This document shows positions 49,175-60,295 of a stretch of DNA of 64,000 nucleotides, one piece after another (the first letter of the stretch is position 1; each line of letters opens with the position of its first letter). The DNA is taken from NCBI GenBank assembly GCA_963713825.1, contig CAVQNG010000014.1, positions 160,001-224,000 of the forward strand, read 5' to 3'. Below the pieces are notes generated by a model. The model was given only the letters and a program-made list of their open reading frames with translations. It was not told the DNA's origin and ran no database searches. The DNA comes from an uncultured Acidobacteriota bacterium. Its GTDB lineage: Bacteria > Acidobacteriota > Thermoanaerobaculia > Multivoradales > JAHEKO01. A program made the position numbers and the translations under genes.

Positions 49175-49644
49175 CGACAGTGGTATCCCAAAAGTGGATC
49201 GACGATGTCCTCGAGGAGCACAAGAGGCTTCGGGTGATGATTGCCGAGGTGCGACAGATCCTGACCGAGCCGAGGCCGGATGCCGGCCAGCCTGGAGCCC
49301 ATTCCTGGGCCGCCGATCTTTCGGTGCGTCTGGTCAGGCTCCATGACGAGCTGTTTCGCCACTTTCGCTTCGAAGAGTCCATGGGGCTAGTGGAAGATGT
49401 CATCGAGCGCCATCCTCGCGCTCTGGCAAGGCTCGAGGCGATCGTTGGCCAGCACCCGGACATGCTGCGTGACCTCAGGTCGATCATGACTGACGCTCTG
49501 ACCTACTCAGAGGGAAGCCTGCCGGAGGATCCTCGACTGCGGCAGAGGACGTTGACCTTGCTCGATGAGCTGCATCAGCACGAGCAGGAGGAGACCGACC
49601 TGTTTCAACGCCTGGAGTATCGAGACCAAGGCGCGATGGACTGA
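49171..49644 (+). CDS. Hemerythrin-like (HHE cation-binding) protein
   Basis: Helical protein with EEH, HF..EE, QH and HE..E metal-ligand pattern; GGAGG RBS. Confidence 0.8.
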   Translation: MTTVVSQKWIDDVLEEHKRLRVMIAEVRQILTEPRPDAGQPGAHSWAADLSVRLVRLHDELFRHFRFEESMGLVEDVIERHPRALARLEAIVGQHPDMLRDLRSIMTDALTYSEGSLPEDPRLRQRTLTLLDELHQHEQEETDLFQRLEYRDQGAMD

Positions 49645-49858
49645 ATTGCGGAGCCCCTGCCAGTCTCACGGGGTGGGTCCTCAGCCCACCCAGGAAGGTG
49701 TTCAAAGGCGCCGCCGAGCTTGAGAACATAGCTCGGGTAAGGGCGAGGCCTCTGGTCGAATTCAGGCCCCGCGGACGGATACCCGGAAATCCAAGGGTCG
49801 GGCACGTCGAACCAGCTGGGTTCCGGCTGCCGTCAGGCCCCAACCGAAGGAGCGTCCT

Positions 49859-50743
49859 ATGGCGACAAAGGAACAATTCGTGGACACCTTTGTGGAGCTG
49901 ATACGGCGGGCATCGGCCGAGCTGCCGCCCGATGTCGTAGCGGCTCTCGAGCAGGGTAGGGACCAGGAAGCGACAGAGAGCCTGGCGCGCCAGGCACTGG
50001 TCACGATTCTCGACAATGTCGAGCTGGCCAAAGCCAAGTCGGCGCCGATCTGTCAGGACACAGGCACCCCCGTGGCCTGGGTCAGCTATCCCGAGGGGAC
50101 TAGCACCCGCTTGCTCGAACAGGCTATGCACGAGGCGGTCAGGGAGGCGACTGCCAAGAGTTATCTGCGTCCCAACGCCGTCGATACGCTGACGGGAAGA
50201 AACACCGGTGATGGCTCGGGCCGAGCCATTCCATTTCTGCATTTCGAGGAATGGGACGAGCCGAGGGTCGAGGTGCGACTGATCCTGAAGGGCGGGGGCT
50301 GCGAGAACGTCGGTGTGCAGTACAAGCTGCCTGATAGTGGTCTCCAGGCGGGGCGAGATCTGGAGGGCGTTCGACGGGTTGTTCTGGACGCGGTCGTCCA
50401 GGCCCAGGGAAAGGGCTGCGCTCCCGGCGTCCTGGGTGTCTGCATCGGAGGGGATCGGGTATCGGGATTCTCGGAGTCCAAATGTCAGCTTCTGCGTCCA
50501 CTCTCTGACACCCATCCGGTGCCGGAGTTGGCCGCAATGGAGGAGCGGTTGCTGAAGGAAGCCAACGAGTTGGGGATCGGCCCGATGGGGTTTGGCGGCC
50601 AGACCACGGTTCTGGGAGTCAAGATCGGTGTTCTGGACCGTCTGCCAGCTTCGTACTTTGTGACCATCAGCTACATGTGTTGGGCTGATCGGCGAGCCGC
50701 TGTCAGCCTCGACGAGGAAGGAGCGGCGACATGGCTGAACTGA
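49859..50743 (+). CDS. Class I fumarate hydratase / L-tartrate dehydratase alpha subunit
   Basis: PICQDTG, LRPN, KGGGCEN, GC.PG, N.LGIGPMGFGG.TT and CWA.RR. Confidence 0.92.
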   Translation: MATKEQFVDTFVELIRRASAELPPDVVAALEQGRDQEATESLARQALVTILDNVELAKAKSAPICQDTGTPVAWVSYPEGTSTRLLEQAMHEAVREATAKSYLRPNAVDTLTGRNTGDGSGRAIPFLHFEEWDEPRVEVRLILKGGGCENVGVQYKLPDSGLQAGRDLEGVRRVVLDAVVQAQGKGCAPGVLGVCIGGDRVSGFSESKCQLLRPLSDTHPVPELAAMEERLLKEANELGIGPMGFGGQTTVLGVKIGVLDRLPASYFVTISYMCWADRRAAVSLDEEGAATWLN

Positions 50744-51318
50744 GCCTGCCTGTGGACGAAAGGACGGTGCGGGAACTGAAAGTAGGTGATGGTGTCGAGT
50801 TGACAGGCCGCATGATCACCGGCCGCGATGCCGCCCACAAGTGGTTGCTGGAGGACTATCGTGAAGAGGTAGCCCCCTATCTCGAGGGAACTGTCATCTA
50901 TCACTGCGGTCCGGTGGTGCGTCAACTGGACGATGGCACCTACGAGTTCGTGGCTGCTGGCCCCACGACCTCCATTCGAGAGGAGCCCTATCAGGCCGAT
51001 GTGATCGAAAAGTACGGTCTGAGAGGGGTCATTGGAAAGGGCGGCATGGGGCTACAGACTCTCGCTGGCCTCGAGAAGAGCGGTGCCCTGTATCTGCACG
51101 CTGTTGGTGGGGCGGCGCAGGTCCTGGCCCAGGCGGTACGGAAGGTCGAGCGAGTCTTCATGCTCGAGGAGTTCGGGGTTCCCGAAGCACTATGGGTCAT
51201 CGACGTGGTCAGGTTCCCCGTCATGGTGACGATGGATGCTCGGGGTGGATCGCTCCACACAGAGGTCGAGAAGAGCTCGAAAGCGCAGTTCGAGCGGCTA
51301 CTCGCCACGACAGCGTGA
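50731..51318 (+). CDS. Class I fumarate hydratase / L-tartrate dehydratase beta subunit
   Basis: GRDAAH, YHCGP, AGPTTS.R, IGKGGM, G.PEA and D..G.SL. Confidence 0.92.
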   Translation: MAELSLPVDERTVRELKVGDGVELTGRMITGRDAAHKWLLEDYREEVAPYLEGTVIYHCGPVVRQLDDGTYEFVAAGPTTSIREEPYQADVIEKYGLRGVIGKGGMGLQTLAGLEKSGALYLHAVGGAAQVLAQAVRKVERVFMLEEFGVPEALWVIDVVRFPVMVTMDARGGSLHTEVEKSSKAQFERLLATTA

Positions 51319-51340
51319 AACTCCATCAGTGCAGATTTCC

Positions 51341-51370
51341 AGGCCCGGCATTGGACCGGGCCTTTTCTTT
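51341..51370 (+). terminator. Intrinsic terminator after the fumarase genes
   Basis: AGGCCCGG-CATTGGA-CCGGGCCT followed by TTTCTTT. Confidence 0.8.
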
Positions 51371-51374
51371 GGCT

Positions 51375-54359
51375 CTAGGCCCTGGGTTTGGCGATGACGC
51401 CGCGCCCTTCTCGGCCATCCAGGACGATCGTCAGCGGTCTTTCGAGGCGTAGGTGACGCAGGTGCTCGGTCTCGGACGTCGATGGCTGCGTGTCGAGCCA
51501 GTCCCAATCGAGAAACTCTGCGTCGTCCGCTGGCACCGTTGCGCCAGCCGGAAGGGTGAGATATCCGACTCGGAGTGAGACGATGTTCTGGAAGAAGTGG
51601 GTGCCTTGCGAGGGCTCCACATCGTAGCCCGCGGGCGAGGCCTCGACAATCGCCCGGACGTTCGATATTTGTGTCCACTGGACAGGTACTCCGAGCCAGG
51701 AATCGGCGGTGCCCCAGCGGCCCGGGCCAATCAACAGGTACTGGCGTCCCGCTGCGCCCAGCTGTTTGTTCAACTCGCCAACCTCAACGGCGATTCTTCT
51801 ATTGTCGGCCGCAGTCCAGCGGTCTCGGCGCACGTAGACGACGTCGGTCAAGTTATCTTCCACGCCGTGACCGAGGCTCCTGGCGGATCTGCACAGCAGA
51901 TCGGCAGTCGCAAAGCGATACTTGGTGACTTCCTGGCCGGCGGAGCGGGTGGCAAACGGCCTCACTTGTAGCAGATAGAGGGTCGGTTTGGCACCGCTCT
52001 TTCGCCGCGCTCCGGTCCGACCCCAGTCGCCCATATCACAGGCGAATTCGATCTCGACTGGACAGCCCAAGCCCTGTTCGGCGACCTCCAGGAGGTTTCG
52101 GAGTGCAGGCGCGAGAGGGATCGCGTTGTGCTTCAGGATGTTATTGAAGGTCACGACCCGTGGACCAGGCCGGTTCAAGTCGTCCCGCACGGTCTGGTCG
52201 TCGGCGCTATAGACACTTCCTACCGGCAACAGAGTGCCATCCAGCTCCGCGATCTTCAACGGATAGGGCTTGACGTTGGTCGATAGCTCCGTCCCGATCT
52301 CGTAGCACGACGAGTCCAGGTCGACAGCGTAGAAGTCGCGTTGACTGCTGTCCAAGAGCATCTTCGGGGTGGCGTGCTGCGGCAGTATGCCGGGACGTCT
52401 GGGGCTGAAGCGCATGGCCAGGCCACCGTCAACGACGAGCCGTCCGAGGCCCAATGCGACATGAACAATGCCCTCTTCGGCACGCTGGTTCCCGATCGGA
52501 TAGAAGTTGTGGGATTGAGCTACGCCACCGAAGTGGGGGTAGAAGCGATTGTCGTACTTTTGGCCCACCAGCCGCTGAATGATGACCGCCATCTTCTCCT
52601 CTTCGACGCGGTTGCCGGTGCTGGTGAGATAGCTCTTTGCATTGCGGAAGTAGGTGGAGGCGTAGACGAGCTTTACGGCGCTGCAAATCTGTTGCAGTCG
52701 TTCTTCCGGATCTCGCGAGCGGTTTGGGATCATCAGGGTGGTGTAGATCCCGGCCATCGGTTGATGCATCGAGTCCTCGAGTAGGCTCGATGAGCGGATG
52801 GCGAGGGGGCCATCGAGATGATGTGCGATGAAGGTCAAATCGCTGCGCAGCTCGTCCGACAGCCTGGCACTCAAGAAACGGCCACAAAGCTCCCGGTCGT
52901 TGTCACAGGCATAGGCGAACTTTCGTAGATGATTGCGATCGACGAAATCATCGAACTTGTCCGACGTGATGACGGTGGTCTTGGGAACCTGCACCTCCAT
53001 ACCGCCGAGATCGGCTTGAGAGCTCTTCGAGAGGGTCAAATTCAGGAACGCGAGACCTCTCGCCTTGCCCCCAATCGAGCCCTGGCCGATTCTGGAGATA
53101 GCGTCGCGATCGAAGGTCTTGCGTGAAAAATCGGCGATCACACCCCGGTAGGAACGCCGACGTGTTTCCTGCAACTGAGCGATGAGGTACTGACGCAGCC
53201 CCTCGACGTTCTCGAAATCCGAAATGCGGCGAGGCCGAAGAAGCTCGGCGAGCTCGAACTCACTACGCGCCATCAGCCACATGGAGAAGTGATTGTGAGA
53301 GGCATGGTAGAAGAGGGATTCTTCCGGAACGACGGCCAGTTGGCGCTCGAACTCACGTACGTCGTGGGCTCGGGCGACCTCTTCTCCCTCGGGCTCGGTG
53401 CGAAAGATGAATTCGCCGAAGCCGAGCTCTTGCCGAAAGAAGGTCCGAACATCCTCCAAGAGGCTGCCAGAGCCCTTGTGGACGAAAGTCGCATTCACGG
53501 CTTCTGCTTTGGCCGCGTTGCTTTCTTCGGCGGACTCGAGCAGAACGGGAAGCTCTGGATCGAATGACCTGACGACGCGGACGAGGTCGAGTCCGCCGGC
53601 CTTGTCGAGTTTGCTGTCACGCGGGATCTCCACATCGCTCACCAGTGCAATGGTGTTGTCCTGGTAGCGTCGAAAGAGGGCCAGGCCCTCGTCGTAGGTC
53701 TTGGCGTGGAGAATCTTTGGCCGCGAACGCATGTACATGCGGCGGTGCAGCTCGTTGACTCCCTCGGAATAGAGGGAGTGAGATTGTCTCATGAGCTCCG
53801 TGTAGAGCGTCCCGAAGAGGCTGGAGTAGTAGGTGGGAGAATCCTCGACCAACAGGATTACCCGCACATTGCCGTGCAGGATGTCGTGATCGACGTTCTC
53901 ACGATCTTCGAAGTACTTGATGATGGCCAAGAGGATCTTGGAGTCACCTGACCAGAGGAAGACACCGTCGATGGCCTGGGGATCGATGGCAGACCTGGCC
54001 AGGTCGAGCTCCTTACGATCCAGGGCGAGCAGGACCACTGGACGGCCAGGGCGAAGCTCCTTGATCTGCCGACCGAGCGCATTGGCACCCATGTCGCCCA
54101 GACTGGCCATGACCAGAATGAGGTCGTAGCGGTGCTCCTCGAGTCGCTGCAGAGCCAGCTCACCGGTTGGGACGTGAGTCACTCGGGGTGGCCCCGAAAG
54201 ACTCACGTCCCGGTATTCGAAGAATACCTGTTCGGTGAGTTGACCGTCCTCCTCCAGGATGAAGGCGTCGAACGGTGATGAAACCAGCAAAACCTCTCGT
54301 ACCCGGAAGGGCATGAGGTCGTGAAAACGGCGAACCTGGAATTGCCGGCGTTCCTGCAT
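51375..54359 (-). CDS. Receiver-like domains fused to a PPDK_N/PEP-synthase ATP-grasp domain (gdhA-associated; function unknown)
   Basis: N-terminal REC-like folds (VLLVSS..D..ILEEDG; ILLVEDS); IG.GSIGGKARGLAF, PLAIRSSSLLEDS, EEKMAVIIQ, VEIEFA, LLQVRP; C-terminal GPGRWG and SQGTHFFQN. No PEP-utiliser His/pyruvate-binding barrel evident. Starts 2 nt after the gdhA stop. Confidence 0.85.
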   Translation of the reverse strand: MQERRQFQVRRFHDLMPFRVREVLLVSSPFDAFILEEDGQLTEQVFFEYRDVSLSGPPRVTHVPTGELALQRLEEHRYDLILVMASLGDMGANALGRQIKELRPGRPVVLLALDRKELDLARSAIDPQAIDGVFLWSGDSKILLAIIKYFEDRENVDHDILHGNVRVILLVEDSPTYYSSLFGTLYTELMRQSHSLYSEGVNELHRRMYMRSRPKILHAKTYDEGLALFRRYQDNTIALVSDVEIPRDSKLDKAGGLDLVRVVRSFDPELPVLLESAEESNAAKAEAVNATFVHKGSGSLLEDVRTFFRQELGFGEFIFRTEPEGEEVARAHDVREFERQLAVVPEESLFYHASHNHFSMWLMARSEFELAELLRPRRISDFENVEGLRQYLIAQLQETRRRSYRGVIADFSRKTFDRDAISRIGQGSIGGKARGLAFLNLTLSKSSQADLGGMEVQVPKTTVITSDKFDDFVDRNHLRKFAYACDNDRELCGRFLSARLSDELRSDLTFIAHHLDGPLAIRSSSLLEDSMHQPMAGIYTTLMIPNRSRDPEERLQQICSAVKLVYASTYFRNAKSYLTSTGNRVEEEKMAVIIQRLVGQKYDNRFYPHFGGVAQSHNFYPIGNQRAEEGIVHVALGLGRLVVDGGLAMRFSPRRPGILPQHATPKMLLDSSQRDFYAVDLDSSCYEIGTELSTNVKPYPLKIAELDGTLLPVGSVYSADDQTVRDDLNRPGPRVVTFNNILKHNAIPLAPALRNLLEVAEQGLGCPVEIEFACDMGDWGRTGARRKSGAKPTLYLLQVRPFATRSAGQEVTKYRFATADLLCRSARSLGHGVEDNLTDVVYVRRDRWTAADNRRIAVEVGELNKQLGAAGRQYLLIGPGRWGTADSWLGVPVQWTQISNVRAIVEASPAGYDVEPSQGTHFFQNIVSLRVGYLTLPAGATVPADDAEFLDWDWLDTQPSTSETEHLRHLRLERPLTIVLDGREGRGVIAKPRA

Positions 54360-54361
54360 CG

Positions 54362-55849
<1,488 letters not shown>

Positions 55850-55927
55850 TCAACACCACCCGAAATGCTGTCGGAGTTCGCCTCCAGATCCTAGGGGCCG
55901 GCGCAGAGAAGCCGCTGGGCAGGTGCA

Positions 55928-56665
55928 CTACCGAGAGGTCGGAGATCCTCCATTAGGACCTCCCGTGTCACGAGTGATGAGGCCATCCTGGATCTCCACT
56001 TGGCGCGCCGCACGTCGCGCCAGTGCCGCGTCGTGCGTGATGACGAGCATCGTGCCGCCCTGTTCCCAAAGGTCCTGGAAGAGCTCCATGATGTCGCCTC
56101 CGGAAGAGGAGTCGAGGTTGCCGGTCGGTTCGTCAGCCAGCAGAATGTCCGGATCCATGGCCAGGGCACGAGCTACCGCGACGCGCTGCATCTGGCCCCC
56201 GGAGAGCTCGGTCGGCTTGTGATCCATGCGATCGGCGAGACCGACCCGCTCCATCAGCGCCTCGATGCGCTGGCGTCGCTCGCGGCGCGGCACACCACCG
56301 AACAAGAGCGGCATCTCGACGTTCTCGTAGGCCGAGATCTGAGGCAGGAGATTGAAGTTCTGAAAGATGAAGCCGACTCGGCGATTGCGAATCGTCGCGA
56401 GCTCGTCCTTCCTCATACCGGCGACTAGATGACCGCTCAGTCGATAGACGCCGGAAGTCGGAGTGTCGAGACAGCCGATCAGATTCATGAGGGTCGATTT
56501 GCCAGAGCCCGAGGGACCGACGATGGCGACGAACTCACCCTTCGAGATGTCGAGATCGATGCCGCGCAATGCCTCGACTTGAATCTTGCCGGTGTCATAC
56601 ACCTTCCGGATCTGCTCCATCGCGATGATGGCGTCGTTGGCGGGCGTGGGCTCAGGTCGGTTCAT
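55928..56665 (-). CDS. ABC transporter ATP-binding protein (LolD/MacB-type)
   Basis: GPSGSGKST, FQNFNL, LSGGQMQR, LADEPTGNLD and ITHD. Confidence 0.96.
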   Translation of the reverse strand: MNRPEPTPANDAIIAMEQIRKVYDTGKIQVEALRGIDLDISKGEFVAIVGPSGSGKSTLMNLIGCLDTPTSGVYRLSGHLVAGMRKDELATIRNRRVGFIFQNFNLLPQISAYENVEMPLLFGGVPRRERRQRIEALMERVGLADRMDHKPTELSGGQMQRVAVARALAMDPDILLADEPTGNLDSSSGGDIMELFQDLWEQGGTMLVITHDAALARRAARQVEIQDGLITRDTGGPNGGSPTSR

Positions 56666-56670
56666 CGGCT

Positions 56671-57927
56671 CTACTCGTAGCGCAGTGTCTCGGCCGGGTC
56701 GACCGAGGCAGCTCGGCGGGCTGGAAAGTAGCCGGCAAGCAGACCGATGATGCCCAGGACACCAGCTGCCGTTGCCGCGATGGCGGGGGAGAGCGTCGGC
56801 TTGCCGAGGGCCTTGAGAGCCATGTTGTCGCCAGTTGGAATGAGGCTCAGCAGATAGACCAAGATCGTCGCCACGAGCAGGCCGGCCACTCCTCCCAACA
56901 GGGTGTAGGTCAGACCTTCGAGAACGATCGGCCCGGTGACCCAATGGCTGCGGGCGCCGAGGGCCATCTTGACGCCAATCTCCCGCGTGCGCTCCTTGAC
57001 CACGGCGTACATGATGTTGGCGACACCGATGCCACCCACGGTGAGAGTCAGGACGCCGATGATGCTCAAGAACAGCTTGATTCCGAGCATGAAGTTGTCG
57101 CGGATCTTGCCGCTTTCGACGGTATCCCAGGTCCCCAGGACACGCTCGTCTTCGGGGTCGAAGCCGTACTTGGCACTCAGCACCTGCGCCACCCCGGCCA
57201 GGGCCTGCTGCATGCCCTTTCGATTCTCGGGTTTGAGCACGAGGACCGAGAGGCGATCGCTGCCGTACTGAGCATAGAGAGTGCGAATCGGAATGATGGC
57301 GTGATTGGCATCCATGCCGCTGTAGTTGCCGAACATCATCTTCTCGATCAAGACACCGACGACGGTATAGGGCACTTTGTCGATCAGAACGCTCCCCCCA
57401 ATCGGGTCCTCTTCGCCAAAGAGGTCCGTGGCGAGATCGGTTCCCAGAAACACGACCCGTCTGCGTTGGGCGTCGTCGAGGGGGTTGAGGAAGCGCCCGC
57501 CAGGGGAGGGAATCTGGTTGCGCAGTTGACCCCAGATCGTGCCGACGCCTTTGACGGGGGCGTTGACCGTCTTGTCGCCATGCGTGAAGTTGGTGCCCCA
57601 GCGAATGATCTCGCCACTGACACCGACCAATCCAGGTACGCGCTCCCTGATCGTTCGAATGTCGTCGATGCGGGGGCGGATGGCGCGCCCGGCAGGCAGG
57701 CCCTTCCAGGGGACGGTGGTCTCTCCCGGCCAGATGACCGCGATGTCGGTGCCCATTCCGGCCCACGCCTTGCCGAGGGAGAGGCCAAGTCCCTCACCGA
57801 AGGCTAGCAGTAGGAGCAGTGCGAGGGTTCCCCAGGCGATCGCGGCTATTGTCAGAAACGCCCTCTTCTTCTGAACTCGCGACGAGCGGAAGAAGAGTTG
57901 AAAGACGATAAAGCGGGGACGAGCCAT
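56671..57927 (-). CDS. ABC transporter permease (MacB/FtsX family)
   Basis: IAWGT TM, periplasmic GRFL...D, and GGIGVANIM...ERTREIGVKMALGA. Confidence 0.93.
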   Translation of the reverse strand: MARPRFIVFQLFFRSSRVQKKRAFLTIAAIAWGTLALLLLLAFGEGLGLSLGKAWAGMGTDIAVIWPGETTVPWKGLPAGRAIRPRIDDIRTIRERVPGLVGVSGEIIRWGTNFTHGDKTVNAPVKGVGTIWGQLRNQIPSPGGRFLNPLDDAQRRRVVFLGTDLATDLFGEEDPIGGSVLIDKVPYTVVGVLIEKMMFGNYSGMDANHAIIPIRTLYAQYGSDRLSVLVLKPENRKGMQQALAGVAQVLSAKYGFDPEDERVLGTWDTVESGKIRDNFMLGIKLFLSIIGVLTLTVGGIGVANIMYAVVKERTREIGVKMALGARSHWVTGPIVLEGLTYTLLGGVAGLLVATILVYLLSLIPTGDNMALKALGKPTLSPAIAATAAGVLGIIGLLAGYFPARRAASVDPAETLRYE

Positions 57928-57944
57928 GGTGAAATGTCCTTGCC

Positions 57945-59177
57945 TCAGTTCATCTTCATGGCCACGACCGGGTCGAGATTGGCAGCGCTGCGGGCTGGAA
58001 AGAAGCCGGCAACGAAACCGATGAGCCCGAGTAGTGACGCGGTCAGCAGGGCTACTTGAGTGTCGACCTGCGGGATGCCGATGAACTCCTCCATCCCGGA
58101 CGGCCACGCCTCGCAGATACCGTATGTGATCATCAGTCCAAGGCAGCCACCCACGGCCGTGAGGATCAGGGTCTCGGCCAGAAACTGCCTGAGGATGCCA
58201 CGGGGACGCGCGCCGAGGGCCATCTTGACGCCGATCTCCGGAGTTCGCTCCTCGACCACGACGCTCATGATGTTGGAGACTCCGATGCCGCCGACGACCA
58301 GCGTCAGCGAGCCGACGATCGCCAGGAAGGCCTTGAAGGCGAACATGAAGGAGTCCATGAACTGGAACATCTCCGTCGTGTCCCAGATCATCAGGGCTTC
58401 TTTGTCGTTCGGGTCGAATCGAATCTTACCCGCCAGGATGTTGCGCACCTCGTCGGTGGCTTGCACCGTCTGCTGGACGTCGGCCGAGGTGAAGATGAAG
58501 AGCTCGACATACTTCTGGCCGGTGAGGGCGCGGAAGGTGGAGCTCGGAATGATGGCCTTGTCCTTGTCACGTCCACTGTAGGAGGAGTCCTGCGTCTTCG
58601 GTTCGAGAACTCCGATCACGGTGAAGGGCGAGCCGTGGAGACGGAAGATCTGGCCGACCGGGTCGGCGGAACCGAAGAGGTCCTCCGCCAACTCATCGCC
58701 GAGGAAGGCGACGCGCCGTTTCTGGGCTTCGTCGATCGGGTTGAGGAAGCGACCTCCCATTTGCGGGATCATGTTCCTCATCTCGCCGAACTCCGGACTG
58801 ACACCGGAGACATCGACCGCCATGGTCTTGGTTCCGAGCTTGAGCTGCAGTGTGTCGGCGTACTCGCTGGAGATTGCATCGACGAGTGTGGCTCGCTTGC
58901 GAATCAGCTCTATATCGTCCTCCGTGACGCGGATGGGGCGCCCCTTGCCGATGCCTTCGAAGGGTTTCGATGTAGCGGTTGGAAAGGCGATGACGATGGC
59001 ATTGCCGAGGCCCAGAACGTTCTTGAGCATCTGCTTGTGCATCGCTTGCCCAAAGGACAAAAGAAGCGTCACAGCGACGGTTCCCCAGACAATTCCCAAA
59101 GTCGTCAGGAAGGTCCGCAACTTCTGAGAGCGCAGATCGCGAGCCAGTTGGCGTAGCGAGTTGAAGATAGAGGTCAT
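57945..59177 (-). CDS. ABC transporter permease (MacB/FtsX family), paralog
   Basis: KLRTFLT.LGIVWG, GGIGVSNIM...ERTPEIGVKMALGA and PARSAANLDPV. Confidence 0.93.
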   Translation of the reverse strand: MTSIFNSLRQLARDLRSQKLRTFLTTLGIVWGTVAVTLLLSFGQAMHKQMLKNVLGLGNAIVIAFPTATSKPFEGIGKGRPIRVTEDDIELIRKRATLVDAISSEYADTLQLKLGTKTMAVDVSGVSPEFGEMRNMIPQMGGRFLNPIDEAQKRRVAFLGDELAEDLFGSADPVGQIFRLHGSPFTVIGVLEPKTQDSSYSGRDKDKAIIPSSTFRALTGQKYVELFIFTSADVQQTVQATDEVRNILAGKIRFDPNDKEALMIWDTTEMFQFMDSFMFAFKAFLAIVGSLTLVVGGIGVSNIMSVVVEERTPEIGVKMALGARPRGILRQFLAETLILTAVGGCLGLMITYGICEAWPSGMEEFIGIPQVDTQVALLTASLLGLIGFVAGFFPARSAANLDPVVAMKMN

Positions 59178-59182
59178 GGTTT

Positions 59183-60295
59183 CTAGAAGATCTCTCGAGG
59201 TGGGCGTTCGACCAACTCGGCGCCCTCATCGATGCCCGCCGTGACTTCAATATTCAAGCCATCGGAAAGTCCCGTCTGAATCTCGACCTTTCTGGGCTCG
59301 CCCTCAGGTGTCTCGGGGGGCAGCTCGACAAACGCCTTGGCGCCATCCTCTTCGAACAGCACCAGCCTTTCCGGAGCGATCAGCACGTCGGTCTTCTCCC
59401 GGATGATCAAATCCGCCGTCGACGAGTAGCCCGCTCGCAGAACTATCTCGGGGTTCTCGACCTCGTGAAGCTCGATCTCGACCTCGAAGAGCCGGGCTCC
59501 CTCCTCTTCCTTCGCTTGGGGAGCGATACGGCTCAAGTATCCGGTTACCGGCTCTCCTGGTAGCGCTCCGATGTTGAGGCGAGCCGGGACTCCTACCTTC
59601 AGCTTGCCGACATCGATCTCGTCGACGGTGCCGTTGAAGATGAGGTCACTCATATCCGCTACTGTCGCCATCACGGTACCGGCCTGGAAAGTGGTCAGAG
59701 GAACCACCGGGTCACCAGGATCGACCTCTCTCTGGAGGACGATTCCCGCCGCTGGGGCACGGATGATGGACTCCATCTGCTTGCCCCTTCCGGCGATTCG
59801 ACCTTCGCGGATGAGCTCGAAGTTGTCCTGCGCGGTAGAGAGCTCGATATTGGCCAGCTCGAACGACTCTCGTCGGGCATCTTCCTCTTCCGTCGCAATG
59901 ATCCCCTGCCGAGCGAGCTCGCTCGAGCGGTTCCAATCGGACTGGGCCCGGTTGTAGGCTGACTGTGCCGCCTCGACCCGACGCTGAGCCTCGACCAGCT
60001 CGGAGGGCGTCGGGTCGGGGACGATCTCGAACAGCGGGTCACCGGGCTCGACGCGATCACCGACCTCAACCGCGCACCGCTTGACGATGCCGGAGATCTT
60101 CGACTTGACTTCGAATTTGAGACGTGGCTCGATTTGCCCGACCGCGATCGCCTTCTCAGTGATCGAGCCGCGCTCGACCTCGACCAGCTTGAAGGGCGGT
60201 TCCGCCTGCTTGCGCCCTTGCAGCCAGAAGTAGGCTCCGGTCACCCCTGCAGCTACAATTAGAAACAAGACAAGGATCTTGAACAGCCTCGCCAT
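59183..60295 (-). CDS. Efflux periplasmic adaptor subunit (MacA/HlyD family)
   Basis: N-terminal TM, lipoyl-like VKSKISG...VEVGD.V, coiled hairpin, IRAP..G, VDE.D and TGLSDG..IEV. Confidence 0.93.
   Translation of the reverse strand: MARLFKILVLFLIVAAGVTGAYFWLQGRKQAEPPFKLVEVERGSITEKAIAVGQIEPRLKFEVKSKISGIVKRCAVEVGDRVEPGDPLFEIVPDPTPSELVEAQRRVEAAQSAYNRAQSDWNRSSELARQGIIATEEEDARRESFELANIELSTAQDNFELIREGRIAGRGKQMESIIRAPAAGIVLQREVDPGDPVVPLTTFQAGTVMATVADMSDLIFNGTVDEIDVGKLKVGVPARLNIGALPGEPVTGYLSRIAPQAKEEEGARLFEVEIELHEVENPEIVLRAGYSSTADLIIREKTDVLIAPERLVLFEEDGAKAFVELPPETPEGEPRKVEIQTGLSDGLNIEVTAGIDEGAELVERPPREIF

Noticed and set aside
55928-57766. 612-aa ORF suggesting a large fused ABC ATPase
   Set aside because: The upstream part is an off-frame overlap with the permease gene. 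The real ATPase starts near 56665.
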